64,000 nucleotides of DNA, taken from contig OZ024747.1 of the NCBI GenBank assembly GCA_964016885.1, positions 30,442,001 through 30,506,000 on the forward strand, read 5' to 3'. This document shows positions 13,081-23,809 of the stretch, in pieces. The number at the start of each line of letters is the position of its first letter. Positions within the stretch are counted from its first letter, which is position 1. Below the pieces are notes generated by a model. It had not been told where the DNA came from, ran no database searches, and saw nothing but the letters and a program-made list of their open reading frames with translations. The translations under genes and the position numbers were made by a program. The stretch comes from Eledone cirrhosa (Eukaryota).

Positions 13081-13539
13081 ATTGGCCAAAATGTGAGTGA
13101 GAGTGGTGAGAATGGTTTGAGTAAATGGGCTGAAACTCATAATGTAGGTCAGAGAACTGGGAGGGGGCACTTGTAGTAATCCTGGATCTGTGGGGCTCTT
13201 AATTGGCTCTAAATAAATGTCTTCCTATTAGGATGCTTTATTTCATTCCGTTACTAATCTCTTGTTGCTATGCTTGGATGTTTATTCATAATAAATTCTG
13301 TAAAATCCTACCCCACCCTCAATTTTGCAATTGGAGAAATTGTTAATATTATTATTGTCGTTATTATTTGCAACACTAGTATTACTTTTATTTGTTGGGA
13401 TTGCTTATTAAACTGATATTGTTATTGATTAATCAAATAAAGTCAGTTGACTAATTCTAGTCGCTAAGTGATAACCTATAATTACACTTGCTCCAGTCAT
13501 TATCTGTACAAGCATTACCATAAAATTATTCGAAGGTCA

Positions 13540-13830
13540 AATATAATTTTGATATAAAAATATGTTTGATATAAAAAGGTCTAATATTCTTCTTTGATAT
13601 AAGAATGTCAAATAAATTTGTTTGATATAAAGTCAAGGTCAAACACACTTGTTTGATATAAGAAGGTCGAGGACAAATATAATTGTGTGATATAAGAAGG
13701 TTAAATATGCTTGTTTGATATAAGAAGGTCAAATATGCTTGTTTGATATAAGGTCAAGGTAAAATATACTTGTTTGACATAAGAAGGTCAAGGTTAAATA
13801 TACTGGTGGTATATACGAATGTTGAAGACA
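13540..13830. repeat. Degenerate ~30-35 bp tandem repeat
   Basis: Recurring gtttgatataagaaggtcaa(ggt)aaatat motif, about 8 times. Confidence 0.75.
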
Positions 13831-14804
13831 AATATATTTCTGTGATATTTATATTTTCCTGTAGAGGTATTGTTTTCTAAAGTGAAGTACGTCTAGCAGA
13901 GAGCTGCATTCTACTCTACCATATCTGTTGTAGTATAGCATGTAATATTGTTTTTTGATCCGAAAAGTGATTTAGAGAAAGGGAAATATGATGTAATATT
14001 CATTGGAATTAGTGACATAAGGGAAAGAAACAGCTTTAACTACAAACTGAAACAATGTATTGGTCTTGGCTTGTGACTGATGGAAAAGTTTACTCTTTGT
14101 TCAATGTTGTTGAAAACAATGCAGTTAACAATAACTCCTCTCTTGTGGACTGCAGTTTCACTGCTTTTGTTTTCTTTGGTTTTTCTTTAGGGAAGAAGCG
14201 ATAACAAATATCACAAAGGGCAAAAAAAAGAAAGTTGGATGGATCATGCAATGTTAGAGAGTAGCTTTGAACTGACCAAACGGAATGCATCCGTCTTACC
14301 TGTTTCAGATCAATGTAGTATTAAACCTACTGACACAGAAATTAGTGCGGAAAGGCCGATGATCAGAGGTTGACAGATCACAGGGCCTATGCCACCTAAA
14401 GTAGAGAAAAATAACAGTCGAAATACAACAAGCATCTAAATATAAATGTTACACTAAAAATACACTATTATGAACAGATTCAAATGAATAAAATTATAAT
14501 TAAAATTTGTATTTATGAAAAAAATTATAAAATGATGTAAGTACAAAATAATTTTCTTTTAGTGTTTTTATTTAGTTTTCATGTTCTGTTTTATTTATTT
14601 ATTATTCTTTTTTTAAACAATTTATTTTGAATTGCATCTATTTCTTTTTAGTATTTTGGCAATTGGTAGCGAGAAATTAAATCTGAAAACGATATAAATA
14701 AAATAAAATAAAATAAAACAAATAAGTAAAGTAAAGCAAAATATAAAACAAAAAGAAAAACAATGTATACACACACACACATATATATATATACACACAC
14801 ATAC

Positions 14805-14864
<60 letters not shown>

Positions 14865-14866
<2 letters not shown>

Positions 14867-15188
14867 GATGGCTGCCCCCACGTTATCTAGTATGGCCATT
14901 GCACAATATGACATTAATAATTATTAATTAATTCTATCGTGCAATGCCTGTGTGTGAAGATATTTTTTATAGTGAGGAAAGACTGTGCACTGAGCCAATC
15001 CCACTCTCTGAGCGACAGTAGATATAACCCGAAAAGAAGAAAAGATCAACATCATCGGTAACTACTGAGCTGCAGGTTTTATATCGGAGTTATCCCAGTT
15101 TCCTGAGTTGCCTTCTCCTAGAAGAATGCCCTGACAAAGGCTAGGGGTTCTTCACTCCCAGTGGCTTAACCACTCGATCAAGTGTCCA
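14865..15188 (-). mobile_element. Non-autonomous bipartite RTE derivative (5' UTR fused to 3' tail of the 49641-53883 family)
   Basis: 14865-14906 matches 49646-49687 (3' tail) and ~14912-15180 matches ~53580-53850 (5' UTR); no ORF in between. Confidence 0.85.
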
Positions 15189-15191
15189 TAT

Positions 15192-15268
<77 letters not shown>

Positions 15269-15714
15269 TAACACTTTAACTTAAAGCAAAGAATCGCTGC
15301 TTTCACCCTTAACAGGACAGTTTCTGATATTGTTCATTCTTTTTATTTTTATTTTGACATTTTTTTTATTAACTTTCAATTTTTCTTCTTCTCAAACTCA
15401 AAACAATGTGAGAAAGTTCAAATGGGAAGCCATGAGAAAACAACAGTGGAATTTCCCATCAGTAACAAGTGATTTGATTATATGGAATTAATTATTCAAA
15501 ATAACTTTCAATTAATGACTACCACACCATAGGGATGAAGCAAGAAGCCATTAAATGCTCCATTATAAATAAGAAATACAGCACAATAGAAGAGGTTTTT
15601 TCATTTGATATGGTAATTGATTTAAATTCCTGTTTTACAGGTCAATGGACAAAGAAAGTAAATAAATAAGAAATATAAATAAGAAAAATAAATAAAGGTA
15701 AATTGAATAAATAA

Positions 15715-16150
15715 ACAGAGTCTGTCAAGCTGCAGTAATGCACCAGCTTCATCATTTGGTAATCAGAAGAAGGGAGGTAAGTGTAAAAGCCAAACTCACT
15801 ATCTTCAGTTCGGTAGTTGTGCTAACCCTTACTTATGGTCATGAATCAAAAAATGGTAATGACCAAAAGAATACAAGTGTGAATACAAGCCACCAAAATG
15901 GGATTCCTCTGAAGGATCTTTGGAATAACAATACTTGATAGACTGCATAACTTGGAGATCAGAGAGTCACTCCTGGTTGGGCCATTAATTCTCCGAATTG
16001 AGACATCACAATTCCGATATTATGGGCATGTGTCTAAATAAAGAATTGCTGGACAGATTTTATGGGCAAAAACCAGCCAGCAGGAGACTCAGTGGTTGAC
16101 CCCGAGCAAGATGGTTGGATAACAGCCATGAGCTTCGTTGGTATAGCTTG
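15715..16150 (+). mobile_element. Decayed RTE-clade 3' ORF fragment
   Basis: RREVSVKAKLTIFSSVVVLTLTYGHES, then YYGHV and G.RLSG*PRARW-like motifs. Confidence 0.65.
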
Positions 16151-16194
16151 GGGAACACATCATTATTTAAATTTATATATCTATATTTTCAGTG

Positions 16195-16730
16195 GTAGAG
16201 GGTACTCTGAAAGTACAGTAGCCAGATTTAGAACGGTATGGTAAAAGTTCAGAGAGCTTATACCGCTGTTGGCCACAAAAGGTTTCTCTCTGAAAAGGAA
16301 AGGCAGACTGTATGATGCTTGTATACGAACAGCAATGTTACATGGCAGTGAGACATGGGTATTGTGTGCAGAGGACCTGTGCAGACTGTAAAGGAATGAA
16401 GCATGCATGCTCCATTGGATGTGTAATACATAAACAGCAAAACATAAATGAATTAAGTGAGAAATTAGGAATAAGAAGGATCAGATGTTATTTACTTGAG
16501 AAAGATTACGTTGCTATGGTCATGTGATGCACATGAAAGACGACAGCTGTATAAAAAAGTGCATGGTGATCAAAATTGATGGAAGTTACGGAGTAGGTAG
16601 ACCCAGAAAAACCAGGGACGACATGAAAAAGTCCGACCTTACACACTTGCACCTCTCTAAGACAATGTCACTGGACTGAGATCTTTGGCGCCATACAGTA
16701 ATATAGAAGACCTGCCTTCCCTATGTGCAA
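16195..16730 (+). mobile_element. Decayed RTE fragment related to 23810-26166
   Basis: KFRELIPLLATKGFSLKRKGRLYDACIRTAMLHGSETW ... YGHVMHM ... GRPRKT. Confidence 0.8.
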
Positions 16731-16959
16731 AGTTAACCTAGTCAGTAGGCGCCTCCAAACCAAACATACACCCCAACCCACTACCCCTACTCCATCCTCC
16801 CACTCCCGCCAACCCCACCCTTTCGCTAAAGTTATGTTCGTACCCCAACATCCAGTCCAAACTAATGAGGTCGTGTAGGTGTCAAAACAAAAAAAAAACA
16901 CACAGTCCACGCTGTAATGTGGCCGTGTAGGTAACACGGTAAAAAGTTCCCAGTCTACA

Positions 16960-17129
16960 CTGTAATTGTGGTTGGTGTTAGGAAGGGCACCCAGCCGTAG
17001 AAAACCCACCAGATAGTCCTAAACGAGTGAGACACGGTCACCAGACCAGTCTTGCCTCAAGTGGGACAATTCCCATCTAACCCATGTTAGCGTGGAAGAT
17101 AGACGTTAAACGATAATGATGATGATGAT
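16960..17129 (+). mobile_element. SINE/non-autonomous element with RTE-type tail and (GAT)n end
   Basis: gttggtgttaggaagggcacccagccgtagaaaa...aacccatgttagcgtggaagatagacgttaaacgataatgatgatgat. The same tail occurs at 17355-17405, 21830-21890(-), 29615-29667 and 47190-47230. Confidence 0.7.
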
Positions 17130-19227
17130 TCACAGTGCTTAAACGTCCAAGAAATCACCTACGTATATTGTTTGTTTACAAAACTATTTATTTTAGAATA
17201 TTTATGTATATATATATATATATACACATACATGAATATTATATTATATATATATACTGGCTAGGATCTTTAAACCATGGAAAAGAATTGTCACAGCCCC
17301 TTAACTTAATGGTTTAAAGCACCTAGCTGATAACTGGGAGATATGGAGTTCGTCTAACCCATGGCACCATTAAAAAATGGACGTTAAATGGTGATGATGA
17401 TGATGAATCTTTAAATTATGCACCAAATACCATCTTAATGATAATTTCAAAATTATTTTAAAATCATTGCCAATGCCTTTCATTAGAAATATGATAATAA
17501 AAGAGTTAAATAACCAAGTCTACCTAGCCATAGCTAGGTACAATAACCTAGTCCCAGATGGTTACTATCAGAAAAAAATATTACAGTGTACTAACAATTG
17601 TTTTGGTTCTCTTAAACTTCAATAAGAAATAGAAAGTAGTTTCAATACAAAGCCTCAAATGCAAATTTTCAATTTTCTTAGCAGTTTCTGCTACCTGAGC
17701 CCTGGTTTTGACACCAGACTAGATATGATGGTGTCTGCTGCCTAAGAGTCTACTTTAAGTTAAAATAATCATGTACAATCAAGAAACAGCAAAGAAAATA
17801 AAGAAATAAAGTGATGAGTGTGTGTCTATATATAATACACACACACGCACACACACTCACACATATATATATTTATTTATTATATATATATGAGTGTATG
17901 TATGCATGTATATAATATATATGTGTGTATGTGTGTGTGTGTGTGTGTGTGCATCATTAGATTAAAATACACACTTGTTTAAATGTCTTACATCATGGCA
18001 TGATTTCTTTTAGTATTTATTATTCTGCTGTATTTTTAAGCCTCAAGTCATTTTTGTTTACTATGTAAACATTTTGTTAGGAAGAACAGTGAACCTATAT
18101 ATTTCACCATTAATTGTTGCTATCTGAAGAATATGTGTTGGCAACTCTGAAATGTCTAATTGGTAGTTCTCACAGATGTTGAATAATTAATAATTATGTT
18201 GTGACTTGTGAAGTAAGTATTAGCTCCTTAACAATAGTATCTAAAACCATTTTTGTTTCTTTAAAGTAGATTGTAGCATAGCTAGTTTTTATATGTAGAG
18301 GTTATATTTCTTTTTGTCTGTACAATATATTTAGATGTAATTGAAAAAGAAATACTTTGAAGTTCCATGACCAAGAGAATGGCAGGTGACCAGACTCTGT
18401 GATATAGTTTCAATTTCAAGTCATAATCATTTTCAATATACTAACATTGATAATGTCTTGGGTAGATGGCAGCTGGGTGGAGGACTGATTATAACTTTGT
18501 CTTGTTTTTGTGAGACTTTATGTCTAAGAGATAAAATCAATATTCATAATGCTTTAATAAATATTTGCATTGACATTTCTTACCATATTATATATATGTG
18601 TGTGTGTGTGTTAAACAAAAAAGATTCCGGCCATTTCAAATTATGGAAATTCTGAGTATGTTAACGTTTTCATGTGAAGCTTTTGAATCATTAATTTTCC
18701 TTTTTTTAATGCAAGGGTTCCTGCCTGTGACTGTTGCCTTACAATTCATTCTGTGAGTGTGCTCCAAAGGGATTTGTAGAGCAAATTGTAAGTAACAAGA
18801 TTGAAACCATACTTTGTTTTCTTTCAGTACTAGGTCTTTCCACTTTAAGTTTCAGTCTTCAGTCAATTTATTGCAGTGAAGAGGTACAGTTCAAATTTGA
18901 TCTCTAGTTAGAATCATTTTACTATAGTTGTAGTAAAATGATTTCCCAGAGATAAAAATGAAAGCAATAATCTTCAATTTATTTTTTCTGGACACACACA
19001 TAGTCTTAGCCAGAGTTGAAAGATGCACAAGATCTATTAGATAGACTATATGAATTTCAATGCCTTTACTTGTGATAGGTTACATCTCACGTGAAAGAAA
19101 AATCAAATAAACAATCACAGTTAGTTTAGTAAACTGTTTTAATTCATTTTATTATCAAAATCAAATTTTCCTTATATTGCATGACATCTCCCTCTAATCA
19201 GTAGTCATTTCACATTATATACTACAG

Positions 19228-19400
19228 TGAAGGTGAGTAGCCTAGGGGTTATGGTGTTGGACCTATGATCATCATGTTGTGCGTTCGATACTTGGACTGC
19301 TTAGTGTGTTGTTTTTGAATAAAACACTTAATTTCACATTACTTCAGATTACACAGCTGAAAATGAGCACCAACAGTAATTGGGGATTATTCCTGTGATT
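19228..19400 (+). mobile_element. Old tRNA-derived SINE with CORE-like domain
   Basis: A-box-like agtagcctaggggtta, B-box-like gttcgatac, then gtttttgaataaaacacttaatttcacattacttcag. Confidence 0.5.
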
Positions 19401-20117
19401 GACAGGTATCCTGTCCAGAAGAAGTCTTGTACACCAATGAAGCATAAATCTCTCATTTCTCTAAATGTACCTATACATCTCTGTTCAAATTACATAATTT
19501 ATAGCTAGATAATATTCACCTTTAAATACTCCCCATTGTCCTATACTGGCATGGGTTGGCTGGGACTTATTGAGGCAATGTTTAACAACCAAATGCTTTT
19601 CCCGAAACCAACCCTTTTAGTTACTTCTTACGACATGCAGGGATATGGTGTAGCTATTCTTAACAAGATACAAGGCTCTCACAGAATTTGGAAGGACATT
19701 TGTTTCAAACAAACACCATGTATGAGGGTCAGCTGTGAAGTTCATAAGCTGACTATGAAGGAGTGATGCGAGAGCTGTGAAATCTTACATGCATTAATTT
19801 CAACTCTTCTTATAAATAACTATAGTGTTTCTTTCCAGGGACTGTGTTGAAAACTAAACAACATTTGGTCATTCATTGAGAGTATCTTGGTCAGCCTATG
19901 AACTTTTCAGCTGACCCTCGCATGTGAACCAGTCTGAAAACCTGACTGATTATATATAGTGTCAAAGTTGGCTAACTCATTGGGGAGTTATCCAATAATA
20001 ATTGAATAGTCAATAGTTTACTCTTTGACATGTTCCAGCCAATTGGCTGAGGCTATGCTGGGGCACCGCCATTTGTGTCACGTTAACACTCAATGATTGG
20101 TCCAATATATCCAGCTG

Positions 20118-20155
20118 AAGTTACAGTTCACTCCTACAGGAGTGAACTGTAACTT
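20118..20155. repeat. Perfect 18-bp hairpin with 2-nt loop
   Basis: aagttacagttcactcct-ac-aggagtgaactgtaactt. Confidence 0.95.
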
Positions 20156-20736
20156 ATGGTTGCAAGAAATAGTAGCAAAGGTCTCTCTCAAACAACACCT
20201 TACACTCTTTGAAAAAGAAGAACATATTGGACAGTGTAGATAGACATGTCGAAAAAAACAGAATGGTTACATATGGAAATCTTTTGATCATTTGTGAGTT
20301 CGATCATGGCTGCTAACTAAATTCTAGCAAGAACAACATAATCATCAATTTTTGTTGTGTCTCCATGCTTGCATAGTTTGTACAGGATACTATGTAAATG
20401 GCAACTATTTTAAATGTCCCAAATGCCACAAGAAAAAAGCAATTTAAATCGTAATGATGCAGTGAAATTTAATTCACTATTTTAATATTTTGTATCAGAT
20501 GCACAGCTGTTCATTAGTACGGTATGGTTTATGAGGTAAATAAAACTAGGAAAAACTTCTATTAAATATATATATATATATATACGTACATATATATATA
20601 TACATACATTTTGTCATTTTGTTTTTCCAACACGCAGGAAACTAATAAAATTTTGTTATCATACACCTGTGTTTGTCTTGTTTATTTTAAACTAAATATA
20701 TATATAGTTATGTAATAAACAACATAAGATAATTAT

Positions 20737-20797
20737 TTCATTTACCAGTGGTTTCTTGAAAGCAGATGTTGTATCTGTTTTCAGTCGTCAGAATGAA
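20737..20797 (-). ncRNA. Type I hammerhead ribozyme motif
   Basis: Minus strand reads ttcatt-CTGACGA-ctgaaaacagat(acaac)atctgctttcaa-GAAA-ccactgg-TA-aatgaa. Perfect 6-bp stem I, long stem II, short stem III, GUA triplet. Confidence 0.85.
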
Positions 20798-20908
20798 TAA
20801 AAAACATGGTGTTTTTATTAAATATGGATTTGAAAACAAAATTTAAGAAATATGAAAGTGAGGCTGAGAAAAAAATGGTCGAAGAAGAAGAGGGGAAAAA
20901 AGAATATA

Positions 20909-20954
<46 letters not shown>

Positions 20955-21914
20955 AATAAATATCCAGAACATAAACATACACACACTCAACCACGCGCAT
21001 ATACTTAAAAAGAACGTAGACGTATACTTTTTCACATAAGCGTATATGCGTCTACAGACAGGGACATAAATACATACACATACATATACATGAAGTAATA
21101 AGAATAAATAAATAAATGAATAAGAACAAAAAATACAAAGTCAAAAACAAAATAAAGACAAAAGGATACGTGTTGAGAACGATGAGTGTGTGTGGGGGAG
21201 GGGGGGAATGAAACCAGTTAAAAATAAACAAATACACGAGATGTGCATATACATAAATATATATATATATACACATACATACACATGCACACACACATAA
21301 ATACTCATACACATATAAAAACACATACACATATGTATGTGTGTATATATATATACACAAAAATATAAAATAAACATACGTACACATCCACATACACATG
21401 CGTGCAAAAATACATATACACATACACATACACACGTATATATAAACATGCATACAACCAAATATACACACACATCCACATACATACACATAAAACCCTA
21501 CAATAAATAGCATTAGTCAATAACCTACGTACATACGTAAACAAATACGTGCGCTACACGCACGTAATAAGAAATCAACACACGCATACCAAAAACCATA
21601 CGTAAATCCTAAACGAGAATTCTAAATTTTTCCGTGGTGCACATAGAACATTTCTTTGTGCCCCTTTGGTATTCTCTTGAATGGTCTAAAATAGACCAAT
21701 CAATAGTGTACGGAATGATTTTGTCTTTGAACTCCCACACTTTATTTGCAAGCGCCGTTGCTGTTCTTTTTTCAGGGTGTTTGAAAGAAGCGACATGTGC
21801 ATAATACCTGGTTTTGAATCTGTCATGCCAACATCATCATCATCATCATCAACGTTTAACGTATATATTCCACGCTTGTATGGGTTTGGACGGCATACAT
21901 ATAGGTATATACAT

Positions 21915-22228
21915 ATATACCTGCGGAGAGCCAAGTCATGGACGCTACAGAGAGTGGTCACGGAGCGTCGGTGCCGGCTGGCTGGCCATATTCTGCGTCT
22001 GCCAAATGAACGGCATTCGTAAACAGCGATGAACTGGACTCTACCTGGCGGTAAATGGAGGAGGGGTTGCCCAAGGATTACCTGGCCTCAAACGTTCCGG
22101 AAGGACCTGATGGCAGCCAACATCACCTGGCACGGTCTCGAAAAAGTTGCTGCTTATCGTGACAGTTGGCGAGTACTTACTGCTCGATGCGCCGAACGGC
22201 GCGGAAGAATCTAAGACTAAGACTAAGA

Positions 22229-22229
<1 letters not shown>
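21915..22229 (+). mobile_element. 3' end of an RTE-like LINE with (CTAAGA)n tail
   Basis: ERRCRLAGHILRLPNERHS..MNWTLPGGKWRRGCPRITW...RDSWR, followed by ctaagactaagactaaga. Confidence 0.8.
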
Positions 22230-22264
<35 letters not shown>

Positions 22265-22269
<5 letters not shown>

Positions 22270-23362
22270 ATAAACGTTCTGCGTGGTTGCTAATGGGTTA
22301 CATATGAATAAAGTTAGTCCTTCATCAGTGATCTTCCAACCATCATTGGTATTTCATCGCTTTAAAGACCATATACCTCCGGTTGGTGCAAGCAACGGCT
22401 AAAAAACGTCGTTGGGACACGTAAATAAAGGGGACACGAGAGTGTAAACAAACAAAGATGGTGAAGCAACGAAAAGTGAGGAAGAAGGAATCAAGTCCCA
22501 AATTTCCATGAATATAAGTTCGGTGAAATCGTGAACGAGAGAGAATAAAGACAATCAAACCTGGTTGGAATGTGAGCAAGGAAGGAATTCCGTACAGGTC
22601 TAACGGGAGGAAGAAGGGATCTAGTCTGTGAATTCGGTGAACGTAAGTTCTGTAAAATCGTAGACGAGAGAGAGAAAAAAAAGCGACCTACTTGACCAAG
22701 GGTGCGAAAGAAAAGAATTACGCACAGGTCAAACGGGAAGAAGGAGGAGGAGGAGAGGTAGTAACAGAGAGTGAGTGAGTGAAGGGCGAGGAAGAGGCTA
22801 ACAGAGAGAGTGACTGTTAGAGAGGGTAAAGATATAGAGAAAGAGGAAGCAGTAAGAACGAAATAGACGGGTCACAGCGGGGGAAAATATGTGTAAATAT
22901 GAGAATAAACGTGCTGCGTGGTTGCTAATGGGTTACATATGAATAAAGTTAGTCCTTCATCAGTGATCTTCCAGCCATCATTGGTATTTCATCGCTTTAA
23001 AGACCATATACCTCCGGTTGGTGCGAGCAACGGCTAAAAAAAGTCGTTGGGACACGTAAATAAAGGGGACACGAGAGTCTTGGTCAGGCAGGTCGCTTTT
23101 TTATCTCTCTCTCTCGTCTACGAGTTCACAGAACTTACGTTCACCGAATTCACAGACTAGATCCCTTCTTCCTCCCGTTAGACCTGTACGGAATTCCTTC
23201 CTTGCTCATATTCCAACCAGGTTTGATTGTCTTTATTCTCTCTCGTTCACGATTTCACCGAACTTATATTCATGGAAATTTGGGATTTGACTCCTTCTTC
23301 CTCACTTTTCGTTGCTTCACCATCTTTGTTTACACTCTCGTGTCCCCTTTATTTACGTGTCC
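22265..23362. mobile_element. ORF-less element with direct and inverted repeats (A-B-C-A-B'), PLE pseudo-LTR-like architecture
   Basis: 22265-22444 is repeated at 22900-23078. 23079-23362 is the reverse complement of ~22415-22700. Left end abuts (TA)n. Confidence 0.75.
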
Positions 23363-23809
23363 ATACTTAAATGTATTTCAATAAAAACCCTTACATTGAT
23401 TTTAAAGTGCATTCTTAAGGCTGTATGTAGTATTTCATAGATTTTATTTTTCTATATTTTCCCTCATAGCTTTTTGTGTATATCATTCTGTTTTAGAAAT
23501 TCAATCTTGTAGAATTTTCAACTTTCAAGAATCTAATTGAACAAATATACACCTCATTATCTGAAACTTATATACACTACTGGTATTTAGAACAGGTTGG
23601 TGGTTGGGTTTATAGAATTTGAGTCAGGAAATATGGATGGTATCTGAGGTAGGTATTATGGATGATGTCTTGGTTCTAGTATATTCATTTAGTTTGTAAT
23701 TGGCTTTGTTTCAATGAGTGTATTAGTTACAAATTTGGCATTCAATGGTTTTATCCCCTGAGTGTCTTGTTTATTGTTAACTTTGTTTATGGAGTGTAAT
23801 ATTTGAGTA

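Noticed and set aside
12644-13100. 27-aa repeat protein ORFs / CRISPR-like array
   Set aside because: Head-to-tail 81-bp minisatellite with no unique spacers, open in several frames and interrupted by a SINE.
18716-18790. EGF-like reading GSCL*LLPYNSFCECAPKGF with flanking AG/GT
   Set aside because: Contains a stop and needs a frameshift to reach the last Cys; too short to distinguish from chance.
20781-21544. Many long YI/CV/HT-rich ORFs here and elsewhere (39378, 41734, 42195, 57759, 58564)
   Set aside because: Translations of (TA)n, (CA)n and (GA)n microsatellites, not genes.
22270-22335. CTGATGA on minus strand as HHR
   Set aside because: No suitably placed GAAA-stem III-UH or stem II partner in either copy.
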